Assembly (NCBI GenBank): GCA_036785375.1
Contig: JAWMAR010000007.1
Span: 10,912,001-10,976,000 of the forward strand
Reading direction: 5' to 3'
DNA length: 64,000 nucleotides
DNA from: Leucoraja ocellata
Taxonomy: Eukaryota
Shown: positions 1 to 13,398 of the stretch, piece by piece
Layout of the letters: each line of letters begins with the position of its first letter
Numbering within the stretch: position 1 is the stretch's first letter
Position numbers and translations under genes: made by a program
Notes under the pieces: generated by a model
What the model was told of the DNA's origin: nothing
Databases searched by the model: none
The model's input: only the letters and a program-made list of their open reading frames with translations

Positions 1-725
1 CACCACTAACTGCAAATGGTGGCATTAAGTTGAAATGCACTACTTACTGCAAATGGTGGCTTGGGAGCTTTGACTTGAAGTTGAAAGGCACTACTTACTG
101 CAAATGTGGGGCGTGGCTTGAAGTTGAAAGGCACTACTTACTGCAAATGGGGGCGTGGGTGCATCTGCTTGAAGTTGAAAGGCATTACTTACTGCAAATG
201 GTGGCATGAAGGGGGGGGGGGGGGGGGGAAGGGGTTATAAAACCCGGAAATGTGGGTGGGGCTCAGTCTCTGCAAGATGGAGGAGGGAGAGGTCACGACT
301 CGCTATCTTTAGTGGCTTTGCACCCTACCTCAAATGGTATGAAACTGCACTTGAATTTGGTGGCCTTGCACCCTGCTAGAAGTGGTAAGAAACTGCACTT
401 GAATTTGGTGGCCTTATTGAAATAGAATTTCAAGAATTTGCCGCGAGTCAACTAGCAGCCCAGCAGCCGTGAGCGAGTGAGTTGCCAGCACAACAAGCTT
501 GATTGACTGAGACGCCAGCCTAAGAATCCATTTGGCACACAATTTGCATACTAGCCCTCTGGAAACCAGTCCCTTCAGCCCACAACACCCATACTAGCGC
601 TCCAGAAAGCACCCCCCCCCCCAACTGGCCACCAATATTAGAATTGGTGGAGAGGTGGAATATTGCGTTGGATGACCAGCCCTCCTGTGTGATGCTGGGA
701 CCCAACAGGTTCCACTTAGTCTAGT
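1..725 (+). mobile_element. Putative Helitron-like non-autonomous element, 3' part, with internal ~45-50 bp tandem repeats
   Basis: Ends in a degenerate hairpin (gggaccc-aac-aggttcc, 697-713), then 7 nt, then CTAG|T (721-725), the Helitron 3' signature. A related end lies on the minus strand at ~21656-21690. 'cactacttactgcaaatg' recurs in 1-200. Confidence 0.45.
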
Positions 726-1088
726 AAATATTGTGGGTTGTAGGACCCGTTGCTATGTTGCACTGTTCCATGTTCTCATGCAAAGCGTATCAGCATAAAT
801 GATCGTAACTTAACCGAGAACGGTCAAGGTCACAATAACCTGTTATTAGTCACAATATTTATTATGATACTAAAAAACACTGTCCTATTCACAATCAATG
901 TTTATGCTTACAGTATTACACTTAAAAATCTGTCAAAACTGTAACCAATGGAAATCTGAAATAAAAACAGCAAATGCTGGCAACACTCAACAGGTCAATC
1001 TATGGGAAGAGAAACAAAATTAATGTCCAAAGCACAAAGTGCTGGAGTAACTACGCTGGTTAGGCAGCATCTCTGGAGGACATGCACA

Positions 1089-3984
1089 CAATGCCCTCCA
1101 TAATGTTTGGGACAAAGACCCATCATTTATTTATTTGCCTCTGTACTCCACAATTTGAGAATTGTAATGAAAAAAAAACACATGTGGTTAAAGTTCACAT
1201 TGTCAGTTTTTAATAAAGGCCATTTTGATACAGTTTGGTTTCACCATGTAGAAATTACAGCTGTGTTTATACATAGTCCCCCCATTTCAAGGCACCATAA
1301 TGTTTGGAACACAGCAATGTCATGTAAATGAAAGTAGACAGGTTTAGTATTTTGTTGCATATTCTTTGTATGCAATGACTGCTTGAAGTCTGTGATTCAT
1401 GGACATCACCAGTTGCTGGGTGTCTTCTCTGGTGATGCTCTGCCAGGCCTGTATTGCAGCCATCTTTAGCTTCAGCTTGTTTTGGGGGGTAGTCCTCTCC
1501 AGTTTTCTCTTCAGCATATAAAATATATGCTCAATTGGGTTCAGATTCAGTGATTGCCTTGGCCACTCAAGAATTGACCATTTCTTAGCTTTGAAAAACT
1601 CCTTTGTTGCTTGAGCAGTATGTTTGGGCTCATTGGCTTGCTGTAGAGTTAATCGCCGGCCAATGTTTTAAGGCATTTGTTTGAACTTGAGCAGATAGGA
1701 TGTGTCTATACACTTCAGAATTCATTATGCTACTACCATCAGCAGTTGTATCATCAATGACAATAAGCAAGTTTCTTCAGCAGCCATACAAGCCCAGGCC
1801 ATACCACCCCCACCACTGGGTTTCACAGATCAGGTGGTATGCTTTGGATCCTTCTCTTCTCCATACTTTGCTCTTGCCATCACTCTGATACAAGTTAATC
1901 TTCATCTCATCAGTTCACAAAATCTTTTTCCAACACTGTGATTGCTCTTTTACATACTTCTTGGCAAACTGTAACTTGGCCATCCTATTTTTGCGGCTGA
2001 CCAGCAGTTTGCATCTTGCAGTGTTGAGGAAATATTATACAAATAGAACCGCTTGGATAGTGACTTTTATATAAGCTAGGTAATTTGCAAAAGAAAAGCT
2101 AAAAGCTTTCCTGAACCGAAATAAAGTGCAAACAGACACATACACACAGGCAAAGATGAATCAAAACATGGAGGCCTGAACCAGAACCTGCTTAGCTTAG
2201 GTTATTGTTTGGGGCAATTATAGCACTGAAAGAAAAATTGTATTTGATATGGCTTTGTGTTGAAGATTCGGAAGCTGAATAAGGGGCCTCTTCTTAGGCC
2301 ATCTGCTCTGTCTCTATGGTACATTTTTGAGCTCTGAATGTGACATAAAGGTGAAGAGTTATGGCTTGTTTTGCTAGGTTTGAGAGAATTCAAGGCTGAG
2401 AGATGATAGACTGCAGTTAGCTTTGGATGTGTACAATTATAATGTGTGATAAGGAATAAGATGCAAGTGAAAGAATAGTTGCTTTGAGAAATAATTAGAT
2501 TGAGGGAGTAGTTTATAGAAGGTTGAAGCAGATGGAATTCTGAGGTAATGGTCTGAGATGTAGTCTCTTGTGTTCTGCCTGGTACATGAGATTGGAAATC
2601 CTACTTCCCGATAACAGGAAAGGCACCAAACTCGTATTAAGTAAATTGACAGATTTACGACCCATGTATCTTTGGATGGGAGGTGGAAATGTGCGTTTTG
2701 AACTTAGAAACTGTAATTCAGCAAACATATAATTAATGTTTTAAAGACATAGGTAATGGTATTTCCAAATGTGTAAAATTATAGTAACACCAATTATGAA
2801 ATGTATTGGCTTAATAGAAAGGTACACTTTAGACTTATAGAAATTGTTTAGATTTATAGAAATATATTTTCTCTTGGTATAGACAGTGTGTATGACTTGT
2901 GTGATCATTGTGTTATATACGTATCTTGTATTTTGAGGAATGGTCTTTCATAAGAGCCTACTGGGGTTTTGCTGTGTTGAAATAAAATAATTCTAAAACA
3001 GTTATAAAGCACAGGCAAACAAAGGCTGTAATGAGGCCAGGGAAGGGGGATCATGCGACTGATGTTGTAAATCACCAGAAGGACTCAGATGATTGGTTAC
3101 TAGCTTGTCATACCCTCTGTATCTGAAATGTCTAATACCTATATAAATGCCATGAGTTTGTATCAAAGTTACTCCTCTCTGGACCCGCCCCAGAGCATCA
3201 GCTCTGTGTTGGAAGGTTCAAGAGACTAGTCTCAGCTGAATAAAGAATTGATTTTAACAGCAACAAGTGTTTGAGTCAAGTTGACTTTAGATTGAAAGAA
3301 CTCAGTTTAACAGTGTAGCCTCTGTATTTCGGTTCATGAAGTCTTCTGCGGACAGTGGCCATTGACAAATCCGCACCTGACGCCTGAAGAGTGTTTCTGA
3401 TCTGTCGGACAGGTGTTTGGGGATTTTACTTTTTTTTTATATAGAGAGAAGTCTTCTGTCATCAGCTGTGGAGATCTTCCTTGGCCTGCCAGTCCCTTTC
3501 CAATTAATAAGCTCACCGGTGCTCTCTTTCTTCTTAATGATGTTCCAAACAGTTGATTTTGATAAGCCTAAGGTTTGGCTGATGTCTCTAACATTTTTAT
3601 TCTTGTTTCTCAGTCTTTGACTTTCATTGGCACAACTTTGGCTCTCACATTGATAAACAGCAATAAAAGTTTCCAAAGATTATGGAAAGACTGGAGGAAA
3701 GACTAGGTGCTGAGAGCTCTCTTAAACCAGCATTAATGAGGCAATGGGAGTAATTACAAATGCCTGTGAAGTCATGTGCCCCTGAAATAGGGGGTACTAT
3801 GTATAAACACAGCTGTAATTGCTACATGGTGAAACCAAAATGTATAAAAATGGTCTTTATTAAAATTTGACAATGTGCACTTTAACCACATTTGATTTTT
3901 GTCTATTACACGTCTCAAATTGTGAAGTACAGAGGAAAATAAATAAATGATGGGTCTTTGGCCCAAACATTATGGAGGGCACTG
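1089..3984 (-). mobile_element. Degenerate Tc1-like DNA transposon, interrupted by a solo LTR
   Basis: Long terminal inverted repeats (caatgccctccataatgtttgg at 1089; ccaaacattatggagggcactg ending 3984, then TA). Minus-strand HTH remnant VRDISQTLGLSKSTVWNIIKK...GRPRK within 3437-3676. Confidence 0.9.
2025..3312 (+). mobile_element. Solo LTR (ERV/Gypsy-type), ~1.29 kb
   Basis: TG...CA ends (TGAGGAAA...TTTAACA) with 4-bp TSD gtgt splitting the Tc1 sequence gcatcttgca-gtgt-agcc. TATA-like tatataaa at ~3140 and AATAAA at ~3239. Confidence 0.75.
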
Positions 3985-4061
3985 TAGGTGATGTTTGGAG
4001 ACATAACCCTTCTTCAGACTAATTGTAGTAGTAGGAAGGGTCCCAACCTACAACGTCATCT

Positions 4062-4948
4062 TGGAGGGCGCTGCCCTGTGCATGGCTGCCCAGCCAGCAG
4101 CTGTCTGTCTTTTCATCTTTTTTTTTAATTTTTAGTTAGTTAGTGTTTTGTTTGGAGGTCTAAACTTTATGTGTGGGGGGGGGGGGGGGGGGGGGGGGGG
4201 GGAAACTGTCCTTCAGGGTCCCTACGTGGTCAGAGAGGCAGCTTTTCTCCGGGCTGCAGTTTCGACCCGTCCTCGCGGCCTACCAGCGGGCCTGGAGCGG
4301 CGTTTCCTGTCGGGGACCTCCCAGTATCACGGCTTCGGCGGCGGCACAGCGCTGGAGCGCTAATGCGGAGCGGGCGATGCTTTGCCCGGGTCGCTGCGCT
4401 GGAACTCCGGTATGCTGGGACCGGCAATAAAAAACATCGCGGAGCTGCGGGTCTGAGGAGCGGCCAGCTGCGGGCGGCAGCGCTGACTTTACATCGGGAG
4501 CCTGGGATCTCTCGACGAGATCACCAGTTGTGGAGCTCCATCCAGCACAGCCTTGTTGGCTTCGGAAGCCGCAGTCTCCAGTACGGAAGCGGCCGTTCCA
4601 GGGTTCCCATGCCGCTGTGAGGATTCTCCCGACGCCGGAGCACCATCACCCGACGAGAACGGCCTGGAACATCGGGCCTCCGTGGAGGCAACTGTGGAGG
4701 CCTCAATGGGCCCCGACCATGGGTGAACTGGGGATGGGGACTGGACTTTGTGCCTTCCCTCATAATGGGAACCATTGTGGGAGGATGTTTTTATGTTTAA
4801 ATGTCTTTTTTATTGTTATGTCTGTATTCTGTCCGAGGACGCTGGCGCTGTTTGTTCGCCGCTTCTCCGTTTGCTATTGTCTGTTACTATTGTAAAGCGA
4901 CTTTGAGTCTTAGAAAAGCGCTATAAAAATTAAATTTATTATTATTAT
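4062..4948 (+). mobile_element. GC-rich non-autonomous retroposon with L2-like (tta)n tail
   Basis: Ends aaagcgctataaaaattaaattt(att)n. An internal segment recurs inverted at ~15830-15963. Confidence 0.55.
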
Positions 4949-6381
4949 CTTGCCACATGCTTCAGAAATGCTCCTATCCCATTGAGTTAATCCACCACTT
5001 TATGTTTTGCTCAAGTTTTCAGCAATTGCAGTTCCTTGTTTCTCAACAGGATTAATGCTTCATGCTGAATACTCTACCCCCAAACTGTGGAAGAAAAAAA
5101 CAATTACAGAGAGTGTGGAGAGGGAAGGACAAATCAAAGAGAATATTTATCAGAGAGTGTGGCAATAATTGATGGAATACCTGTGATCTGTGCTACCTGT
5201 GTTTGCCACATTCATTCCCCATCTCATTGCCACTCTGACCCATTTGTCGATGGATTCCTGCAATGTCATGAAATGGCCCAATAAAAGCTTCAGGAACAGC
5301 ATCTTATCGTTCACCAGGGGAAGTTCTAACATTCCAGGCTCAATATCCGATTCCAATATCTTACGTAACTACCTTTTACGGAATCAGAGGCATTGGCGCA
5401 TTAAAGCAGGGAAACATGCTTTTCGGCTCACCTTGCCCATGCCAACCGTTAACATTGCAGACTAGTCCTATTTGTCTGCATTTGGCCAATAGACCACTAA
5501 AACCGTTCTATCCATATTTCTGTTGAGATGTTTTTTTAAAGGTCGTAATCGTGTCTTCTGGCAGCTCATTCCAGATACGGACCACACCGAGTAAAAACCG
5601 AGCGGAGGTCCCATCTCTCTCGGCTCACCTTAAGCCTATGCCCTTTAATTTTAGAATCCTCTACCCTGGAAAAAAGACTGCGAGCGTTCACTTTATTCAT
5701 GCACTCATGGTCTTCTACACTCTAAAGAAAACAGTCCCAGCCGATCCAACTCCCCATTACCCAAGCCTGTTTTCCTCTTGGTTATTTACCTATTCTACTG
5801 CTTCAGAAGTACTCCCTCCATTATCTGAAAGTGACCTGCTGGATGTTTCCTTTAGCTCGGCATTTTACAGATTAAATATATCTCTATCTCAATTTAACCC
5901 ACTCCCCACCCCCTCCTCTCCCCCTTGCTTCATTTCATGGTGTTTATGTTCCTTTCTCTCTGATGCCCTCATTAATCTGTCAACTGAAGAATTCCATATC
6001 CATAGCTCATCACCATGGCAACCCTACTCTATAAAAACAGATTTAGTCTACAACTAAATCTGACTATCAGAGTTTCCAGCATTTTTGTCCTTTGAATTTC
6101 GACATCAGAATAATCTATGGCGCAAATGCTGCAACCTTTTCACTACAACACATACTGCACTATTCTACAGATTGATAATGTATAATATTTAAGACTAGTT
6201 TGTCCAATCCACAAAACTGTTTAATACTATCCACAGAATATTTTGAAATTCGTACAATTCAACTAATAGAGTCATAGCGCCACATAGCACGTAGCAGACC
6301 TTTCAACCCAACTCATCATGCAAACAAAATGCCCCATCTCAGCTTGTTGCATTTACTCACATTGGCCCCTTATCCCTCTTG

Positions 6382-6693
6382 TGGGGCTGTCCCACTACGA
6401 GCTAATTCAAGAGCTTTCCCGAGTTTAAAAAAAAAATCAAACTCGTGGTAAGCACATAGAATGTACGTTGCAGGTACGTCGGAGCCCGGGACATCTCTTA
6501 GCGGCTCGTAATGCTAACGGCAGGTACTCTGGAAACGCGGTAAGCTCGGGAAGGCTCGTGAAGATTTTTTCAACGTTGAAAAATGTCCACGAGAGCCCAG
6601 AGTACCTACGAGCGGCTATTACCGTAATTCTCCGAGTTCGTATCAGGGGAAACTTGGGAAAACTTGAATTAGCTCGTACAGTGGGACAGCCCC
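6382..6693. mobile_element. Harbinger/PIF-type MITE
   Basis: Imperfect TIRs ggggctgtcccact-acgagctaattc ... gaattagctcgtac-agtgggacagcccc; same TIR family as 26266-26477, 40860-41484 and the end at 49277. Confidence 0.7.
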
Positions 6694-7169
6694 ATAAGCC
6701 TTTCCATTCAATATATCTGTCCAAATATCTTTTGAATGGTCTTATTTAACGTGCTTCAACTATTTCCTCTGGTAGCTTATACCATATACCCACCACTCTC
6801 TGTGTGAAAACGTTGCCCCACACGCTCTTATTAATTATTTCCCCTTTGACCTTAAACCTATGCCCTTTTGTCCTCTTTATTGTCCTACCATGCAAAAAAG
6901 AGGATGTTCATATCTATTCCCCTCATAATTTTATGAACCTCTTCTCAGCCTCATGTAATGCAAGGAATTAAATCTAGCCTGTGCAATCTCTTATTTAGTT
7001 TAGTGATGGGGTCAAGGAAAGAGTGTTCATGTCGCGGCCCTGTTTCCACCAAGCTTTCCACCACCACGCACAAGAAGCGCAAGACGCAACTGCATGTAGA
7101 TGCCAAGAAGTGTGTTCAGCTCTGGCTGAACAATTTCTAATCTTGTGATGTGGACTCTAAGAAATTTAG

Positions 7170-7455
7170 TGATACAGCATAGAAACAGGCTCTTCAGCTC
7201 ATCGTGTCCACGTCGCCCATCAATCACCCATATACCATGTTATCCCACTTTGAATTCCTACACTCTCGGGTGAATTTGTAGAAGCCAATTAACCTACAAA
7301 CTTTCACATCTTTCGAATGTTTGAGGAAAACGGAGCACCCAAAGATCCACGTGGTCACAGGGAAAATGTACAAACTCCACAGAGATAGCACCCTTAGTCA
7401 GGATCGAACTCGGGTCTCTGGTGCTGTAGGCAGCAGCTCCACCGCTGCGCCACTT
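7170..7455 (-). mobile_element. HE1-like tRNA-derived SINE
   Basis: Reverse complement reads gtggcgcagcggtggagctgctgcc...cccgagttcgatcctgac (A/B boxes) plus a CR1-like tail. Further copies at ~8980-9075, 34570-35055, 53430-53640, 56520-56610, 57180-57370. Confidence 0.75.
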
Positions 7456-7777
7456 CATTTAACTCGGGCCCTTGAATCCTGACAATATAAAACTTATCTT
7501 CACTCTTTTCAGCTAAATCGCACCTTTCCTACTGCTGATTTACCAAAGGCTCACAGTGAGTGCCAATCATTGTGGGAAATTGGTAATGGCCGATAAATGG
7601 GTCTTGCTACCCATCAAATGAATGAATTAGAAGAAGTCAATGACCAGTAAGCTATACATGGGCAGCCAAGAACTGCAATTTTCAGATGTAGTAGAAAAAG
7701 CTGGCTTATCTTGATATAAACATCTTGAAATTAAGCTTCCAATATATATTTTTTTAATCCATCAAAATGTTACTTAC

Positions 7778-7872
7778 CAATCTCAATCCCTAGTCCACCA
7801 ATACCACTTAGGAAAACATAAGACTGAGCCATCTGGCACATTGCATGGTCTCCGAGGACATAGCGTTGACGA
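7778..7872 (-). CDS. uba6: Ubiquitin-like modifier-activating enzyme 6, second coding exon (exon 3)
   Basis: ttgcAG acceptor, 95-nt exon (phase 2 to 1), GTAAGT donor. Encodes (S)RQRYVLGDHAMCQMAQSYVFLSGIGGLGIEI, matching recalled UBA6 SRQRYVLGDTAMQKMAKSHVFLSGMGGLGLEI; UBA1 has RQLYVLG here. Confidence 0.95.
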
Positions 7873-8189
7873 CTGCAATAAAAAGGAAGAACATAAGAAA
7901 CAGGCCCAGGCCATAAAGATCCTTGTCACTTGATAAAATGCTGCATTGAAATTAAATTTCCCACTCAATTCCCGTTCCCTGATCTTCCTCGTCCAAAGTC
8001 TATGATATGTACAATAAAACTAAATGACTGAACATCCACCGACCACTAGGGCAGAGAATTCTTAAGATTCCTCACCTACCTTAGAGAAGACATTTTTCAT
8101 TTTAGTATCATTTGGCAGATTCTTAAACTGCAAATATGTTTGTCTAGTTAAGACTTTCCAGGGAAAACAGCTCTCAACATAGTTTAGTT

Positions 8190-8975
8190 TAGTTTATTAT
8201 CACGTGTACCAAGGTACAGTGAAAAGCTTTTTGTTGTTGTGTGCTATCCAATCAGTGGAAAGACTATACATGATTACTATCAAGCCACCCACAGTGAACA
8301 GATACAGGATAAAGGGAATAACGTCCAGTGCAACATAAAGACCAGAAAAGTCTGAATGAAGATATTCAGAGGGTCTACAATTGGGTAGATGGTGGGTCAG
8401 AACCACTCAGTAGTTGGTGATAGAATGGTTCAGTCTGCTGATAACAGCTGGGAAGAAACTGTCCCTGAATCTGGAGGTAAGCATTTGTACACTTCTGTAC
8501 CTCTTGCCTGATTGGAGTGGGGAGAAGAGGGAATGGCCAGGGTTGAGACTTGTCCTTGATTATGCTGATGGCAGCATGAAGTGTAGATGAGTCAATGGAA
8601 GAGGTTGGTTTGTGTGATGCTCTGGGTTGCATTCACAATTCGCAGCAAATTCTTCCTGTCTTAGATGGAGCTGTTCCCAAACCATGCTGTGATGCATCCT
8701 GATAAAATGCTTTCTACGATGCATCTGTCAAAGTTGATGCGAGTTGTTTGGGACATGTCGAACTTCGTAAGCCTTCTAAGGAAGTAGAGGCATTGATGGG
8801 TTTTCTTGGCCATTGCTTCGATATGGCTAGACCAGGACAGGTTGCGGGTGATATTTACTGCTAGGAACTTGAAGCTTTCACCCATCTCTACTTCGGCACT
8901 GTAAACGTCTACCACTTCGCTTCCTTAAGTCAATCACTTTTCCCTTTGTCTTGCTGACATTGAGAAAAGGGTCAC
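8190..8975 (-). mobile_element. Rex1/Babar-type LINE 3' fragment
   Basis: ESFKFLAVNITRNLSWSSHIEAMAKKTHQCLYFLRRL...VESILSGCITAWFGN (8661-8915). Related 3' ends at ~10010-10445 (-) and ~50430-50805 (+, LLPSGRRYRSLKTATTKFRNSYFPTAIRLLN). Confidence 0.8.
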
Positions 8976-9472
8976 AGGGAGAACGTGAAAACTCCCTACA
9001 GACAAGTACCCATTGTCAGGATCAAACTCAAAACCCTGGTGCTGCAAGGCAGCAACTTTACCGCTGCGCCACTGTACCTGCTGATGATCAGGTTAAAGCA
9101 TTGATTGGAGGTGTGGATCTGACAGAGCATGAACTGGAGTTGATGGAGATGAGCGAGGCCCAGATGTGCAGGAGCCTCTGGGTAATAGCCAGAAGGTGAA
9201 GGGTATCCCCACACTCTCTCTCCCCGTGTCCCTCACCTCAATGCATACCCATTTCTCCTACAATCTCACCCCACCTTTCCTCTCCCATGAAATATCGCCT
9301 AACCATGTCCTTCAAAGATGCTGTCTGACCTACTAAGTTCCTCCTGCATTTTGAGTTCCTCTGTTTAATTGGAGGAACCAGAATCACAATATACCTAGTG
9401 GGAAAATACCCATTACTAATTCACCAAATCAGGAATATTTTGCTTCCTCAGTGTCGAATGTTCAAGATTTAC

Positions 9473-9513
9473 CTGTATAAGGAATCATCAATTTCCATAT
9501 TGTCAGTTGCCAT
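9473..9513 (-). CDS. uba6: UBA6 first coding exon (coding part of exon 2; whole exon 9473-9536)
   Basis: ttttgcAG acceptor at 9537-9538, strong-context aaaATGG at 9513, MATDNMEIDDSLY(S), GTAAAT donor in phase 2 joining 7872 to give IDDSLYSRQRYVLG. Confidence 0.93.
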
Positions 9514-10543
9514 TTTCTGTTGATGTTTATCAAAATCTGCAAAATAAGAAATTTAAAAATAATTAATCCCTATTTTCCGCTCTTTTAAAATAATCTACTT
9601 CCCTAGCTTAGTCTCCCCAGCCTTTAAATTTTCAGAACTTAGAACAAATATTCTCAAATAACACACTCAGTTCAGAGAAAAGGAAATAAGAACTGCAAAC
9701 AAAAACAAGAATTAAAATAGAAAAGCATGTCAATCTTATATTTCACACGGTTATAGAATTATGAGCTGTTTTAGAAAGGATAGTAAGAAACATTTTTTTC
9801 CCCCAGAGCAGAGGTGTCGATAATTAGAGGCCATAGGCTCATGTTAAGGGACATGATATTTAGAGGGTATCAATGGAAGAGATGAGAATGGTATGCATGG
9901 ACTCCTCTGCTGCAAGAAAAACACTCAAACCTCAAAACTGAAACATTCTATCCCAGGCAGCATCCAAGTAAATCTCCTTTACATCATTTCCAATGCAATC
10001 AAGATTTAAAGAGTTTATTGTCATGTGTCCCTGATAGGACAATTAAATTATTGCTTTGCTTCAGCACAACAGAGCATAGTAGGCATGACTACAGAAGAGA
10101 TCAGTGTGGCCATATACCATTATATAAATATATACACACATGAGTAAATAAACTGATAAAGTGCAAATAAACAGATAATGGGTTATTAATGTTCAGAGTT
10201 TTGTCCGAACCAAAATTAATAGCCTGATGGCTGAGGGGAAGTAGCTATTCCTGACCCTGGTTGTTGCAGTCTTCAGGCTCCTGTACCTTCTACCTGAAGG
10301 TAGCGGGGAGATGAGTGTATGGCCAGGATGGTGTGGGTCCTTGATGATACTGCTAGCCTTTTTGAGGCAGCGACTGCGATAGATCCCCTCGATGGAAGGG
10401 AGGTCAGAGCCGATGATGGACTGGGCAGTGTTTACTACTTTTTGTAGTAATCATGTCCTTCCGATCCTGTGCCAACCGGAACTGCACACAATACTCCATT
10501 GGTGGCTTAACCAAAGATTTATGACATGCACGTTTCTACCAGT

Positions 10544-10765
10544 AATAATAATAATAATAATCTTATTTATATAGCACATTTTTAGTCAACTTGCATTGAC
10601 CCCAAAGTGTTTCACATAATTACATTACATTTACACACAGGCAAAGGTGGGTGAAGTGTCTTGCCCCAAGGACACAACGACAGTATGCACTCCAGCGGGA
10701 TTCGAACCGGCTACCTTCCGGTCGCCAGCCGAACACTTAGCCCATTGTGCCATCTGTCGTCCCAG
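10544..10765 (-). mobile_element. tRNA-derived SINE with central core and L2-type tail
   Basis: A box TGGCACAATGG, B box GGTTCGAATCC, core gtgtccttggggcaagacactt, (tta)n tail, TSD ccagtaat on both sides. Confidence 0.8.
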
Positions 10766-11119
10766 TAATCACTCTTTGAAGGGATATCCTTGGACAAATA
10801 GTCAAAACCTAAAAGTTACAGTGTGCGAGTGAGAGGGGAAAGACAAAAGTGTTGGGAGGAGATTTTCAAATTTGTCCATGGGCTGCCAAAGGCATATATA
10901 CCACTGGGTGTATGGAACGAGCTGCCATGGGGGTAGTTGAGCCAGGGACTATTGCAATGTTTAAGAAACAATTAGACAGGTACATGAATAAGACAGGTTT
11001 GCAGAGATGTGGGCCAAACGCAGGCATGCGGGACTAGTGTAGATGGGACAAGTTAACCGATATGGGCAAGTTGGGCCAAAGGGCCTGTTTCCATGCTGTA
11101 TGACTATGACTCTCATCTT

Positions 11120-11650
11120 AAAAGCTATGCCATAGAGTTTTTCAACTACTTCCTCCGGCAGCTCATTCCATACACCTGCCACCCTTTGCATGAAAAAGTG
11201 ACTCCTCAGATTGCTATAAAATCTTTCCCCTCTCACTTTAAACCTATGTCGTCTGGTTCTCGATTACCCCACTATGGGTAAGAGACTCTGTGCATCTACC
11301 CAATCTATTCCTCTCATGATTTGATACACCCTTCATCCTCCTGCACTGCAAGGAATAGCCCGACCTGCCAAGCCTCTCCCTATAGCTCAGGTGCTCGAGT
11401 CCTGGCAACATCCTCGTAAATCTTAGCCAAACCCTTTCCAGCTTGACAACATCTTTCCTATAAAATGATTCCCAAACCTGAACACAATACTCTAAATGCA
11501 GCCTCACCAACGTCTTATACAACTGCAACACACCCTCCCAACCTCTATACTCAATGCTCTGTCTGATAAAGGCCAATATGCAAAAAGCCTTTTTGACTAC
11601 CCTATCTACCTGTGATGCCACTTTCAACTAACTATATACCTATACTCCTA
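11120..11650 (-). mobile_element. CR1 (HER1-like) LINE 3' fragment
   Basis: VLQLYKTLVRLHLEYCVQVW...RFTRMLPGLEHLSYRERL (11244-11627). Confidence 0.85.
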
Positions 11651-13005
11651 GGAGTACAGTGGTGGTATATGGGTTATATGCAGACAGATAAGAGTTGTCT
11701 TGGCATCATGTTCGGCCCAGTGATTATGGGCCAAAAAGTCTGTTCTTGTGCAATACGGTTCTATGTTCAACAGGAAATATTTGTATGGTTAGCAATAACA
11801 TTTAACAAAAGGATTCACCATTGAGCTGAAAATAAAATTCAGAGTAACTGTTGAATTGAAAGATGCAGGATGGAAATAGGTCCCTCGGTCCACCAAATCG
11901 ACACCAACCATCACTAGTTCATACTAGTTCTATGTTATTCCAATTTCTCATCCACTCCTGACACACTAGGGGCAATTTGCACAGGCCAATCAACTTACAT
12001 ACCATCTTAAAGAAGCACATAGGATTGCTGCTGAGGATTATTATTGAAAATATGCTATGTCCTATAATCTTTTAGTTCTCTATGCGCCTCTATCTGACCT
12101 TTCAAAGGAGAACCTTTGCAACTGACTCCACAGAATAACTCACACACAACTCTCGTAACCTGGGTTCAATCCAGACCTCTGGTGATTGTAGTTTATACAT
12201 TTTTGCTGTGGGTGTGCGGGCTTCCTCATGGTGTACTGGTTTGTCCCATATCCCAAAGATGCAATTTCACTGACACCAGTGATGTCAATGGCAAGGAACT
12301 GCAGATGCTGGGTTATACCAAAGATGGACACAATGTTGGAGTAACTCAGCAGATCAGGCAGCATCTCTGGAGAGAAGGAATGGTGTTTTTTTCAGACTGA
12401 GAGTCAGAGAAGGGGAAAACTGGAGATATGGAAGGGTACAAAGTGAATGTAATGTGTGAAAAGAACAGATCAAAGCAGACGACGATCTAGGAAATGTATT
12501 GTTGGCCGAGAGGAAGGTGACAACCAGGTATACAAACAGTAAAAATAATCAGGAAGACAGTGAAACTGGGAAGAGAACTAGGATGGAGGAGGGACATAGG
12601 GAGAGGTGATGTAGGGAGGGTTACTTGAAGTCAAAGAAACCATGTCATATCGCTGGGTTGTAAACTGAAATGAAATACGAGGTACCGTTCCTCCAATTTG
12701 CGTTTGGCCTCACTCGTTCGCCGGCATTGACGCCGCCAACCATTCAACCTCCTGATAACGGCGAGACCACACGGAAATCTGTCACGTCCGTGGGTGGGTT
12801 TGCACCAAAATGACGGGACCGAGCAACACCAGGGATATTGATGTGAATGAGTCTGCACTCTCCATCTACCCTTCTGAGTGTGCACCTGACTACATGCCTC
12901 TGTCTCTGCGTCTGTCTCCTTTTCCCCAAGTGTATGGACACACAAAATTACTCAAAGTGCTGGAGTGATTCAGCAGGTTATTCAGCATCTCTGGAGAGCG
13001 TGGAT

Positions 13006-13362
13006 CTTCCCTCTCCTCCCTCTAGTCTCCTTCCTTCTCTCATCTCCTTTCCTTCCCCCTCCTCTCCTCTCCTTTCCTTCCTCCTCTCCTCTCCTTTCCT
13101 TCCCCCTCCTCTCCCTCCTTTCCTCCTTTTCTCCCTCCCTCCTCTCCTTTCCCCTTTCCTTCCCCCTCTCCTCTCCTTTCCTTCCCCCACTCCCTCTCCT
13201 TCTTTTCCCCCTCCCTCCTCTCCTTTCTCCTCTCTCCCCCCCTTTACTTCCTGTCTTCCTCCTCCTCTCCTTTTCCCCCTCCCTCCTCTCCTTTCCTTCC
13301 CCCTCTCCTTCCAGTCTCCTTCCTCCTCTCCTCTCCCCTACCATCTCTCCTTTCCTCTCCAT
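13006..13362. repeat. Polypyrimidine/polypurine (C/T-rich) low-complexity tract in uba6 intron 1
   Basis: About 350 bp of almost only C and T on the + strand. Confidence 0.95.
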
Positions 13363-13398
13363 TCCGGGCCCACTCGTGCTCCACCAACCCCAACTCAC

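Noticed and set aside
1-7777. Further uba6 exons (expected next peptide AKNxxLAG)
   Set aside because: Not found by eye; probably left of the window, though a very short exon could have been missed.
10690-10765. tRNA gene
   Set aside because: A/B boxes are followed by a SINE core, LINE tail and TSD; no complete cloverleaf.
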